A stretch of 64,000 nucleotides of DNA from Fimbriimonadaceae bacterium (lineage in GTDB: Bacteria > Armatimonadota > UBA10988). The notes beneath the pieces were generated by a model. That model did not search any database. It saw only the letters and a program-made list of their open reading frames with translations, and was not told the origin of the DNA. Positions 45,983 through 55,018 of the stretch are shown here, in pieces. Made by a program: the position numbers and the translations under genes. Within the stretch, counting starts at the first letter, position 1. Every line of letters begins with the position of its first letter. The stretch is from positions 6,339-70,338 of the forward strand of contig JADZEX010000040.1 in NCBI GenBank assembly GCA_020850355.1, in the 5' to 3' direction.

Positions 45983-47155
45983 ATGAGATTCCGGCCAAGC
46001 CGTTTGACCGGGCCCATGCTCCTTCTCGTCGTGGTCGTTCTGGGGCTGCCCCCCGTGTCGGCGAAACCCGCCGCCAGTAGCGTCAAATCCCTGAAGGCCA
46101 AGCGCGCTGCCACGGTGCAGAAGCGCGAGGTGATCGAGCAGCAGGTCCGCGCGGCGCGCTCCAAGCAGCGGGTCGCCTCGGCCAGCTTCCACGAGTCCGC
46201 CCGGACTCTCGCCGACGCCGAGTCCGATTTGAGTTCGGCGCGCTCCAAGCTACGCTGGACCGAGAACCGCATCCACGGCTGCCAGGAGCGCCTGGACGCC
46301 ATTAAGAAGAACCTCGAGGTCCAGACCAGCGCGCTCTGGAAGCGGCTTGAGCTGTTCTACAAGCAGGGCAGCATCGGCTATGTCGAGGTCCTCCTGGGCG
46401 CTCAGGATTACGATCAGTTTGTCGACCGCGCGGTCTTTGTGCGCGGCATCGCCGCCGAGGATCTGCGGCTGAAGCAGCACATCGAGGAGAGCCAGCAGCA
46501 GCAGGCGGCGCTGAAGGCCGAGTTGCAGCAACGCTGGATCGAGTCCAACAGCCTCCGCAAGCAGTGCGCCTCGAAAGCCGAGACCGTGCGGGTCGAAGCG
46601 GCGCGGAAGTACGACTACCTGGCCACCGTGAAGCGCGACCGCGCCGCCAAGGAAGCCGCGTACGAGGAGATCGTCGAGACGCAGCGCGAGATCGACGCCG
46701 TGCTCTGGCGGATCAACCGCCGGGCGGCGAGCGCCTCGAGTGGCGGCAGCGGCGGGCCGGTGCGGCGCCTCAGTGGCGGCTTCATCTTGCCCTGCAACGG
46801 GCGCTTCAGCAGCCGTTTCGGCTGGCGAACTCACCCGATTCTGGGCACCCGCCGCTTCCACGACGGCCAGGACATCGCCGCCCCGCACGGCACCACGATC
46901 CGCGCCGCGGCGGGTGGCACGGTGGTTCACGCCGGCTGGATGAAGGCCTACGGCAACACCGTGATGGTCAGCCACGGCGGCGGCTACACCACCCTCTACG
47001 GGCACTGCTCCTCGCTGCTGGTGAGGGATGGCCAGGCGGTCTCGCAAGGTCAGCCGATCGCCCGCGTCGGCAGTACGGGCTGGTCGACCGGCCCGCACCT
47101 GCACTGGAGCGTCTACCACAACGGCTCGGCGGTCAACCCGCTCAGCGTGCGGTAG
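45983..47155 (+). CDS. Coiled-coil M23-family metallopeptidase (EnvC-like partner of FtsEX, with intact catalytic residues)
   Basis: AAGGAG lies 6 nt upstream. After a signal sequence there is about 250 aa of coiled coil, then the M23 domain with HDGQD...HLHWSV (the HxxxD and HxH zinc ligands are present). Confidence 0.85.
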   Translation: MRFRPSRLTGPMLLLVVVVLGLPPVSAKPAASSVKSLKAKRAATVQKREVIEQQVRAARSKQRVASASFHESARTLADAESDLSSARSKLRWTENRIHGCQERLDAIKKNLEVQTSALWKRLELFYKQGSIGYVEVLLGAQDYDQFVDRAVFVRGIAAEDLRLKQHIEESQQQQAALKAELQQRWIESNSLRKQCASKAETVRVEAARKYDYLATVKRDRAAKEAAYEEIVETQREIDAVLWRINRRAASASSGGSGGPVRRLSGGFILPCNGRFSSRFGWRTHPILGTRRFHDGQDIAAPHGTTIRAAAGGTVVHAGWMKAYGNTVMVSHGGGYTTLYGHCSSLLVRDGQAVSQGQPIARVGSTGWSTGPHLHWSVYHNGSAVNPLSVR

Positions 47156-49112
47156 CGGGCGCCGAGCCGCTCGTCTGCAGGCTGGCCAGCACCTTCTGCC
47201 GCTCCGCCTCGGCTGCTGGCGAGCGCTCGGCCGCCGCTTGCACGGGCACGCCCAGGCGGTCGGACAGCAACATCGCCAGCAGGGCCTCCATGATGTTGCC
47301 GCCCCCCGTCTCGCCGCCGCCGATCATCACCCGCGGCACGACATCGACGCCCGCCGTTTCGATCGCCTGCGCGAAGCGGGTCAGGACCTCTTGCGTCACC
47401 TGGAACTGCGGCCCGCCGTAGGCCCGGACCTGCTCCTCGGTCGCCAGCGCCTGCGCGATCCCGACACGGGCCACCTTCTCGGCCTGGGCCTCGGCCATCG
47501 CGCGAATCTGCGCCGCCTCTTGCAGTGAGCGCTGGTAATCGGCCTTGCCCTGGTTGGTGCGCACGGTGATGTCCAGCTCGGACTCGGTCAGGCGCGTCTG
47601 CATCTGCGCCCGCGCCTCGGCCTCGCGCAGTTCGCGCTCCTTGACCGCCGCCTGCTCCTGCCGGCCGTATGTCTCGATCTGCTCGACCGCCACCTGCCGC
47701 GAGCGGAGCTGCGCCAGGATCACCTCGATCTGAGTGTCGCCCTCGACGGAGGCCGGCGTGCCGATCAGGACCTCTTCCAGCTCCAGATTGTAGTGCGCGA
47801 ACTTGGCGCGCATCTCGTCGCTGGCCTGCTGCTGAATGGCGCTGCGCTCCTGCAGCAGCTCAATCAGGGTGCGCGTCTGCGCGACGTTCTTGAAGTACGC
47901 CGCCACCATCGGGTCGAGGGTCTGTTCGACCAGGCGCTTGATGTCACCGAAGCGCTGCACCACCAGCGGAGCCTTGCGGTAGTCGATATGCACCACCACC
48001 GACAGCGGCAGCCGCGGCTCGAACGCGTCTTTGGTGATCAGCGAGACCTCGGCGAGATTCTCGTCGAACCCGTGGGCGCCGGCCTCGGCGCGGATCCACT
48101 TCAGGATGAAGTTGGTGGTCGGCACGCCGAGCACCTTGCCAGCGTAGGAGTTGAAGGCGTACTTGCCCGGCAGCAGGCCCTCGTCCCAGACACCGCGCCG
48201 GCCCTTCGCCACCAGCTCGCCGTGGCGGTACTCCTGACCGGACAGGTCGGGCCCGCTCTTGCCGGTGTACGAAACCACCACGCCCACCATGCCGACGCCG
48301 ATCACCGTCTTCGGGATCAGCTCAACCGTGGCGAACAGGCGGTTGATGTAGTAGGTGCCTTCCACCAGCACCTGGTACTGCCGCCCGCGGCCGCCACCTG
48401 CTTTCAGGAAGTGATCGGCGTCCTGGAAGTTGTTGTGGTAGGTCTCCGCGTCCAGCGGGTTCTCGCCCACCACCGGCGCGATGATCTCGCCCGACGGCAG
48501 CGACGGCCCGTCGTGGACCGTGACCACGCCGATCAGGTCTTCGCTGTTGCTGATCACGACTGGCTGGAAGCCACCGCGCTCGTTGATGAAGTGGGCCATC
48601 CGCTCGATCACCGCCGACTCGTCGCGGCTCATCGGCAGGCTGAAGACCTTCTCGGCGGTGATCACCACGAACTGCACCAGATTGATGGCGTACGTCCCCT
48701 CGCGCAGAATGCGGCGCTGCGGGCCACGTTGACCGCCGCGCCGCAGGAAGTTGACGACATCCTGGACATCGTGCACGGTCTCGTTGCTGGCCAGCACCTG
48801 CGTCGGCTCCAGCGGCACGCCGTCGCGCGCGAAGACGTAGCCGATCTTGCCCTGCGGAATCGTCACCAGCGGCATGACGTGCACTTTGTACTGCACCGGC
48901 AGCAGGAAGTGCAGCCCGCCGCGCAGCACCTCCGGCTGGTAGCCGGCCTCGCCGTTGAGGGCCAGCAGTCCGCTGCGCACCGAGCCCTTGACCAGGCTCC
49001 AGCGCTTCTCGACGATGCCGATCCGGTTGTTGGGGATGTAGCGAACCCCCAGCAGCAGCACCAGCGCCACCAGACCGACCAGCCCCAGCAAGCTCCACAC
49101 CAGCGGTCCCAT
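47142..49112 (-). CDS. SPFH/band-7 flotillin-like protein (YqiK/FloA-type)
   Basis: MGPLVWSLLGLVGLVALVLLLGVRYIPNNRIGIVEKRW is an N-terminal TM followed by an SPFH domain. A long Ala/Glu/Gln-rich coiled-coil flotillin tail follows. GAGGGAG lies 8 nt upstream of ATG 49112. Confidence 0.85.
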   Translation of the reverse strand: MGPLVWSLLGLVGLVALVLLLGVRYIPNNRIGIVEKRWSLVKGSVRSGLLALNGEAGYQPEVLRGGLHFLLPVQYKVHVMPLVTIPQGKIGYVFARDGVPLEPTQVLASNETVHDVQDVVNFLRRGGQRGPQRRILREGTYAINLVQFVVITAEKVFSLPMSRDESAVIERMAHFINERGGFQPVVISNSEDLIGVVTVHDGPSLPSGEIIAPVVGENPLDAETYHNNFQDADHFLKAGGGRGRQYQVLVEGTYYINRLFATVELIPKTVIGVGMVGVVVSYTGKSGPDLSGQEYRHGELVAKGRRGVWDEGLLPGKYAFNSYAGKVLGVPTTNFILKWIRAEAGAHGFDENLAEVSLITKDAFEPRLPLSVVVHIDYRKAPLVVQRFGDIKRLVEQTLDPMVAAYFKNVAQTRTLIELLQERSAIQQQASDEMRAKFAHYNLELEEVLIGTPASVEGDTQIEVILAQLRSRQVAVEQIETYGRQEQAAVKERELREAEARAQMQTRLTESELDITVRTNQGKADYQRSLQEAAQIRAMAEAQAEKVARVGIAQALATEEQVRAYGGPQFQVTQEVLTRFAQAIETAGVDVVPRVMIGGGETGGGNIMEALLAMLLSDRLGVPVQAAAERSPAAEAERQKVLASLQTSGSAPATAR

Positions 49113-49239
49113 CACGGAACTCCCTCGGCCCCGGTCGCGGCGGCGCACTGCCATCCCGTGAACCGGTGCCGAGAGAGCCAAGCGTCTGGCAGCCGGAGAT
49201 CGTTCCCGACTGGCCACGGGCGGCAGGATTCCCTCGAAA

Positions 49240-49255
49240 TGCGTAGATTTACGCA
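49240..49255. promoter_or_regulatory. Perfect 16-bp palindrome TGCGTAgattTACGCA in the divergent flotillin/LuxR intergenic region (candidate operator)
   Basis: Read directly from the sequence. It lies 96 nt upstream of the LuxR-family gene's ATG. Confidence 0.3.
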
Positions 49256-49350
49256 GCCAAGGTGGACGGGAGTCTGGCACCATGGCCGTTGACGAACCGC
49301 CGGGGGGCGGGCGCCACGGCGCTCGGAGTTCGGGGGCGGAGGAGGGGGCG

Positions 49351-50172
49351 ATGGCCCAGGAGCTGGACCCGCTGGAGCCGCCGCCGGAGAACGGCCAAGG
49401 CTTGCGGGCACCCTTGCTGGACCACGCCCCGCCCTTCGAGGGCGCGGCCCGCCTCCGCCCCTGGCGCGGCGCGCGGGGTTACCGGCTGCCTTTCGTATCC
49501 AACCGCGCAGCACCGCGGGAGTTCGTGGTTACCCTCGGTCACGACCAGCGTAGTCTGTACCTCGCGGTGGCGGGCCCGCTGCAGGCCGAGTCCCACGACA
49601 CGTACCTGGCCGTCACCACCGAGTGTCTGCTGGATCTCGAGAAGCCGGGTTACGAGTTCGACCGCGAGCTGATCATCGGCACGGCCGGGCCGTGCGGCTG
49701 GGACGGGTACAACTACTTCCACCACAAGTTCGAGCACCTCGCCGAGCCGACCGCCCCGATCCGCGCGGCCTGGGGCACCTCGGCCGGGGTGGAGTTCCGG
49801 CTGGCCGTGCCGCTGAACCACACGTATGTGCGGCCCGGCGGCCGCCTGGCGCTGCGGCTGCAGGCCGGTGAGGACGGCCGCGGCTACTTCGGCTGGCCGG
49901 ATTGGCGCGAACACCACCGCTCGCGGGCCAACGTGACCCTGGAGGGCCACTGGTCGGTCGCCCCAGCGGAGCACCCTTTTGGCCTGACCCTGCGCGAGCG
50001 CCAGGTGCTGCAGGCCCTGGCCGACGGCGGCAGCGCCGAAGCGGTCGCCGCTCAGCTCGCCCTCAGTCGGCGCACCGTCGAACGCCACCTCGAGAACATC
50101 CGCCAGAAGATGCGCCGCCCCAGCAGCCTGGCCTGCGTCGTCGAAGCGTTGCGGTATGGCGTGGTGAGCTAG
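49351..50172 (+). CDS. LuxR/GerE-family transcriptional regulator with an uncharacterised N-terminal domain
   Basis: GGAGGAGGGGG lies 6 nt upstream of ATG 49351. The C-terminal LTLRERQVLQALADGGSAEAVAAQLALSRRTVERHLENIRQKM is a LuxR-type HTH. Confidence 0.75.
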   Translation: MAQELDPLEPPPENGQGLRAPLLDHAPPFEGAARLRPWRGARGYRLPFVSNRAAPREFVVTLGHDQRSLYLAVAGPLQAESHDTYLAVTTECLLDLEKPGYEFDRELIIGTAGPCGWDGYNYFHHKFEHLAEPTAPIRAAWGTSAGVEFRLAVPLNHTYVRPGGRLALRLQAGEDGRGYFGWPDWREHHRSRANVTLEGHWSVAPAEHPFGLTLRERQVLQALADGGSAEAVAAQLALSRRTVERHLENIRQKMRRPSSLACVVEALRYGVVS

Positions 50173-51401
50173 GTCGTCGCCTCGGCCGCCACAAACGGCA
50201 GCCGCAGCGGCACGTCGTCGCCGCCTTCGCCGCGCTGGCCGCCGGCGTCGACCCGGTCCGGGCCGACCAGGTAGAGCAACCCCTGCCGCGGCCGGTAGCG
50301 GATCGGCTGGTCGTCGAACGGATCCCGCGGCACGGCTGGCAACAGACCGTCGGCGACCAGCTCGTCGAGCTTCGCCGGCAGGCGGCCGTGGCGGTCGAGG
50401 TAAACGCGAATCGCGTAGGCACAGGCCACCAGCCGCGGCTGCCCGCGGCGGCGGTCGGAGGCGTTCAGGGCCTGCTGGTAGACCGGGGCCAGCGAACCGC
50501 TGAGGTCCCAGGCCCGGTTGGCCCCCGGCAGCGGCCGACGCCGGCCCGGCGGCTGGCCTGCTTCGCGGATCGCCCTGGCCAGCAAGCGATTGCGGTTCTC
50601 CAGCATCCGTGGCAGCGCGACATGTGGCAGCGGCTGTTCGCCGTCTGTCGTGGGATCGTAGTACCCCTCGGCCTGCAGCGCCGCGATCACGCCAGCCGGT
50701 TCGGCGTTGGTGGCGGCGAGCCGACGAGCCGCGGCCTGCAGGTGTTGGCGCTGCGCGGCGCTGAGGCGGGGCAGCGGCCAGCGCCTGGTGGGGTCGGCGG
50801 TCGCCAGGTCCAACGGTGGAGCACCTAGCTCGGTCAGCAGCCCACGTTGCCCGATCGCTTCGACGGCAATCGAGACGAGGTACCCGATCAGGCTGTTGGG
50901 CGCCTTCGCGGTCTCGCTGCCGAGGCGGGTGATGCGCTTGAGGTCGGCCGCGGCCGCCGCCATGTCGCCGCTCTGCCAGCGCACCTTGGCGCGCAGCAGC
51001 AGCATCCGCGCGGCGGCGCGGCTGTCTCGGTAGAACGGTCCGAAGTCGAGCGCCCCGCCGCCGGGCGTGCCCAGCCAGCGGCACTGCGGGCGGTCCAGGG
51101 CCTGCGCCAGGCGGTCCAGCGTACCGGCGTTGGTGGCCACCCAGGCGCGCACCGCGGGGCTGGCCCCGGACAGCCCCCGGGCGCTCAGCGCGGTGGGCAG
51201 CTTCGCCTGGCTGACAATCTGCGGCAGTGCCGCCACGGCGTTCTGGGCGTCGGGCACGGGGCTCCAAGGATTACGCCAGGGCGGCGGCGCGGCGGGGCGC
51301 AGCAGCCACCAAGTCAGACCACCGGCGAGCAGCGCCGCGGCCAACAGACAGCCACCGCAGCAGCGTGGGCCGCGGCCGGTGCGACGGTCAGATGGCGGCA
51401 T
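50169..51401 (-). CDS. Membrane-anchored protein with a GspG-like (pseudopilin-fold) C-terminal domain; paralog 1
   Basis: An N-terminal TM (CLLAAALLAGGLTWWLL) and a helical middle region. The C-terminal AYAIRVYLDRHGRLPAKLDELV...DPFDDQPIRYRPRQGLLYLVGPDRVDAGGQRGEGGDDV parallels the GspG globular domain (ALDMYKLDNGRYPT...DPWGNPYQY...GADG..GG.DAD). It lacks a prepilin leader. Confidence 0.65.
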   Translation of the reverse strand: MPPSDRRTGRGPRCCGGCLLAAALLAGGLTWWLLRPAAPPPWRNPWSPVPDAQNAVAALPQIVSQAKLPTALSARGLSGASPAVRAWVATNAGTLDRLAQALDRPQCRWLGTPGGGALDFGPFYRDSRAAARMLLLRAKVRWQSGDMAAAAADLKRITRLGSETAKAPNSLIGYLVSIAVEAIGQRGLLTELGAPPLDLATADPTRRWPLPRLSAAQRQHLQAAARRLAATNAEPAGVIAALQAEGYYDPTTDGEQPLPHVALPRMLENRNRLLARAIREAGQPPGRRRPLPGANRAWDLSGSLAPVYQQALNASDRRRGQPRLVACAYAIRVYLDRHGRLPAKLDELVADGLLPAVPRDPFDDQPIRYRPRQGLLYLVGPDRVDAGGQRGEGGDDVPLRLPFVAAEATT

Positions 51402-51566
51402 CGCAGGTCTCCCTCGTGGTGGGCTGGGCGGTGAGCAACAGGGCCAGGTCAGCGGCCTCCGCGGTCGGTGGTCGCCGCTCGTCGCGGCCCCGGCGGCCGA
51501 CGGTGGCGAGCGTGCCGTTGGTCGGCCGGTAGCGCAGCATCTCGCCGGACGCCTCGTCGAGGTAGC

Positions 51567-52817
51567 TCACGGCCCGGTCTCCCAGGCCGCGTCCGGCCGT
51601 ACGAAGGTCAGTGGCACCAGCACGTCGTCTCCGCCGCGCACCCCGCCGCGGTAGCCCGAGTGATCGACGATCTGGGTCTTGGCGTCGCGTTTGGCGTTGT
51701 CGCCGAGCCCGACCAGCCGGCCGCTGGTGACGGTCCAGGCCACCGGCTGGCCGGTCGCCGGGTCGATTGGCGGCGCCGGCAGCAGCCTGGCGCGCACCAG
51801 GTCGGTCCAGCCGCTGGGCAGCCGTTGGGCCTGGTCGACGTACAGTCGCAGCGCGATGGCCGCGGCGGTCAACCGGATCCGGGCCACCCGGTCGTCGTAC
51901 CAGCGTGGCAGGTTGGCTCGCCGGCCGAGCAGGCCGTCCCGCTGCAGCCGGGAGTCCTGGCCGAGCCAGCCACTGACCGGGGTGCGTTGCGCCCGCGGCC
52001 GAGTCGCGTTGTGCAGCAGCACGGTCGTCCGCGCCCGCCGTTGCTGGACCAGTCGCTCGCGCCAGGGGAACGCCGGGAGGCGGCTGACGGCGTGATGGTA
52101 GTCGGCCCGCAGGGCGGCCTGCAGCGCGGCCGGCTCTTCATGCCAGGCCAGCAGGTCGCGCAGCTCGGCCTGCCAGAGGCGGCGGTCGGCGGGGCGCAGG
52201 CGTGGCAGCGGCCAAGGCCCGGAGCGGGCCGGGCGGGCCGGGCGCCAACCGGGCGCCGGCCGCAGCAGGAGGTGGTAGGTGCACAGCGCCGCCTCCTCGC
52301 CCAGCGTCGCGGCGGCATGGTCGCCCAGCGTCCGGGCGCCGCGGGCCGCTCGGGCGAGCAGGCGGCGGGCGGCCCGGGCGTCGGCCAGCGCGGCGTCCAG
52401 GTCGCCCTGTTCCCAAGCCCGCAGCGCGCGGCACTGCCAGAGTCGGGTGACCGCCGCCAGCCGCGACCCGGTTTGCTCGTTGGCGCGATCGTCCAACGTC
52501 CAGGCGCACTCGGGCCGGGCCGCGGCAGCGCCGAGCAGCAGGAAGGCGGACCGGTGGGTGGCCAGCCAGGCGACGGCGTCGGCGGTCAGTTCGCCTTGCT
52601 CGATGGTCAGGCGCCAGTGGTTCTCGGGCAGGCAGTCGGCCAGCGCCGCCAGGGCGTTGTCGTAGTGCGCCGGTGGCGCTGCCGGTGGGGGAATCGTCTC
52701 AGCGACGGCGGCCGGGCGCGACCAGCGCCAGAGCAGCCCCAGGCCGAGCAACCCGAGCAGCGCCAGCCCGCCGCCGCAGCCCACCAGGCACCCCAGCCAG
52801 CGACCGCGCATCGGCAC
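51567..52817 (-). CDS. Membrane-anchored protein with a GspG-like C-terminal domain; paralog 2
   Basis: It is clearly alignable to 50169..51401 (WPLPRL block, and AIALRLYVDQAQRLPSGWTDLV...DPATGQPVAWTV...GLGDN...GGVRGGDDVLVPLTFV), with an N-terminal TM. Confidence 0.65.
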   Translation of the reverse strand: MPMRGRWLGCLVGCGGGLALLGLLGLGLLWRWSRPAAVAETIPPPAAPPAHYDNALAALADCLPENHWRLTIEQGELTADAVAWLATHRSAFLLLGAAAARPECAWTLDDRANEQTGSRLAAVTRLWQCRALRAWEQGDLDAALADARAARRLLARAARGARTLGDHAAATLGEEAALCTYHLLLRPAPGWRPARPARSGPWPLPRLRPADRRLWQAELRDLLAWHEEPAALQAALRADYHHAVSRLPAFPWRERLVQQRRARTTVLLHNATRPRAQRTPVSGWLGQDSRLQRDGLLGRRANLPRWYDDRVARIRLTAAAIALRLYVDQAQRLPSGWTDLVRARLLPAPPIDPATGQPVAWTVTSGRLVGLGDNAKRDAKTQIVDHSGYRGGVRGGDDVLVPLTFVRPDAAWETGP

Positions 52818-52889
52818 CTCCTGGAGTCCGGAAGCGTTGCCCCCGGACGGATGGTTCCAGCCCGGCGGAGTCGATTCCTGGTGACGCGC

Positions 52890-54848
52890 TTACCAAATGT
52901 AGTCGCGCGCCGCGGCGCGTTTGTCGTGGCCGGAGAGCACATGGAAGACGCGCAACTTCTGCAGTGTGACCGGCGAGAACCCGCCCAACGGCAGATAGAG
53001 GATCTGCCGTCCCAGCCGACCGGCCCATTGTCGCAGCAGCGGCCGCGGCGGCTTGGCGGCGACGTAGACGACATGCCGCTGTTCGCTGTAGTCGAGCGCC
53101 GCCAGCAGCAGCACCTCGCTCTTGCGGAGCACGCCACGGTACGCCCGGTCCTCCCAGACCTCGTGCATCCGGCCCGGCGGGTAGCTCATCATGAAGCCGC
53201 CGTACTCGCACCGGGCGATGCCCGGACCGATGATCCGGCCGTCGGCGGCGGTCGCATAGAAGGCCATGTCGGACTCCTGGCTGTGCTCGCCCAGCCAGGT
53301 CATCCGCCAGGGGTAACGGCGGTCGGCCTCGTCCTCGTCGAAGATCACCACGACGCTGCCGACCTCACCCCGCGTGCGCCGCAGCTCACGCACGAAGAGC
53401 TGCCGCTGATGCCAGTTGCGGACGGTCTCGCGGACGTCGATGCCGTCCAGCAACGAGGTCCGGAATGGCTCGACACGGGCGTCGTCCTCAGCCAGTTGGT
53501 GCTTCGCACGCTTCTTGAGGTGTTCGCCAAACCCCTCGATCACGATGTCCTCGGGCGGGTAGGAGCAGATCCCGCCGCCGCGCAGGAACTCGCGCCGCCA
53601 CTCGCCGGGCCGCCGTTCATGGCGCCGCTCCTTCAACCGCACCCCCCGCAGCCGGGCCTTGTCGCGCGGCGGGCGCGGCCGGAACTGGATCCGGCGACTG
53701 CTCTGCCAGACTTCCTCCGGGTTGAGCCGGATGGTCGTCAACTCGGCGGACTCCTGCTGCCACGGCCAGTGCGAGCCGAGGTCCCAGGTCTCGAAAGCCA
53801 GGTTGTCGTCGGCGATCCCACGAGCGCCGATCACCAGTTGGTGCAGGTCGGGCAACAGCAGGCCGTCGAGCAGCGCCCAGTTGCGGCAGAAGCGGCGCCA
53901 GATCCCCAGATCGCTGGTGCGCAGTTGCTCGCCGGTGTGCTCCTCATACTGTCGCCGCGCCGCCTGCATCAAGCCCAGCAGCACCTTCTGGCGGTCCAGC
54001 GGCGAGAGATGGTCGGCGGCTGGCGCGGCGCGCCAGGCGAGGTCGATCTGCAGCCGAGCGCGCTCGTACTCCTGGTGGCCAAGGTTGTCGCGCCCACCGC
54101 TGACCAGCCGCAGCCCCGACTGGTGCTGCCGCGCCGCGACCGGCAACGGCGGCAGCCGCGGCGGCAGTTCGTGGCGCCGCCGCTCGTAGACCGCGGCAAC
54201 GAAGGGCGGCGTGGCCAGCAGGCCGCGGACGCTGTCGGGATGCAGGTTGAAGACCTGCACCCCGGCCCGCTGCTGCCGCGCCAGCGGCTGCACCAGCGGG
54301 CGGGCCAGGCCTTGCAGGATCCCGGCGACGTGCTGGAAGCCGCAGACGCAGAGCACCCGTGGCTGGTCGGCGAGCTGCTGCAGGTGCCAGGCGAGGTTTG
54401 TTTCACGTGAAACATCGGCCGGGTCGACGGCCCGCGCGCGGCGGGCGGCGTAGGCTTCCCAGAGCTGCCCCCAGCCGAGGCGGGTGAGCACGTAGCTGTC
54501 GGGGAAGGGGTCGTCGTAGAGCGGGTAGCTGTCCAGGTCGAGGTCGCCGAAGATCACCGGCAGACCGCGCTCCTGGCCGCTGCGCACGGCTTCGAGCAGC
54601 GCCTCGCAGGGCTCCAGTGGCAGGTAGACGGGCTGCCCCTGGCGGTCGAGATAGGCCACCACGCTGAGTTGCGGCAGGCGCGCGACGGCGCGCCGGATGG
54701 CCGGCTCGAGGGTCGCCGGCAGCTCCACCACCAACGCCGTCGGCTGCCACTGGGCAATCACCCGCCGCACGGCGTCGGCAAACTCCAGCCGGTAATGCAG
54801 CACCGGGGCAAACAGCACATTGCCCGCCCGCGGCAGGCCTGCGAACAT
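52890..54848 (-). CDS. Large TraB/GumN/Tiki-superfamily domain protein (DUF5682-like, 652 aa)
   Basis: MFAGLPRAGNVLFAPVLHYRLEFADAVRRVIAQWQPTALVVELP resembles TraB motif 1 (GTxH...PDxVxVEL), and LCVCGFQHVAGILQGL resembles motif 2 (GxxHxxGI). GGAGGTG lies 4 nt upstream of ATG 54848. The ORF-track extension to 54992 is rejected. Confidence 0.7.
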   Translation of the reverse strand: MFAGLPRAGNVLFAPVLHYRLEFADAVRRVIAQWQPTALVVELPATLEPAIRRAVARLPQLSVVAYLDRQGQPVYLPLEPCEALLEAVRSGQERGLPVIFGDLDLDSYPLYDDPFPDSYVLTRLGWGQLWEAYAARRARAVDPADVSRETNLAWHLQQLADQPRVLCVCGFQHVAGILQGLARPLVQPLARQQRAGVQVFNLHPDSVRGLLATPPFVAAVYERRRHELPPRLPPLPVAARQHQSGLRLVSGGRDNLGHQEYERARLQIDLAWRAAPAADHLSPLDRQKVLLGLMQAARRQYEEHTGEQLRTSDLGIWRRFCRNWALLDGLLLPDLHQLVIGARGIADDNLAFETWDLGSHWPWQQESAELTTIRLNPEEVWQSSRRIQFRPRPPRDKARLRGVRLKERRHERRPGEWRREFLRGGGICSYPPEDIVIEGFGEHLKKRAKHQLAEDDARVEPFRTSLLDGIDVRETVRNWHQRQLFVRELRRTRGEVGSVVVIFDEDEADRRYPWRMTWLGEHSQESDMAFYATAADGRIIGPGIARCEYGGFMMSYPPGRMHEVWEDRAYRGVLRKSEVLLLAALDYSEQRHVVYVAAKPPRPLLRQWAGRLGRQILYLPLGGFSPVTLQKLRVFHVLSGHDKRAAARDYIW

Positions 54849-55018
54849 CGCCACCTCCCAGCCGCATGGTAGCCTCGCCCGCCGGCCGGAGCAAGGGTTG
54901 GCCGGTGCGGCGGACAAGGCGCCGATTCGCTTGACAGGCAGGGCGGCCTGCGCTAGCCTTGGGGTCTGCCGCGCCGGTTCGGGTGTCGGCAAGCACTCAC
55001 CAGACGAGGACCGACGCG

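Noticed and set aside
51388-51570. 60-aa ORF in the spacer between the two GspG-like paralogs
   Set aside because: It has no RBS and overlaps the 3' end of paralog 2 in another frame. It may reflect a decayed duplication junction rather than a gene.
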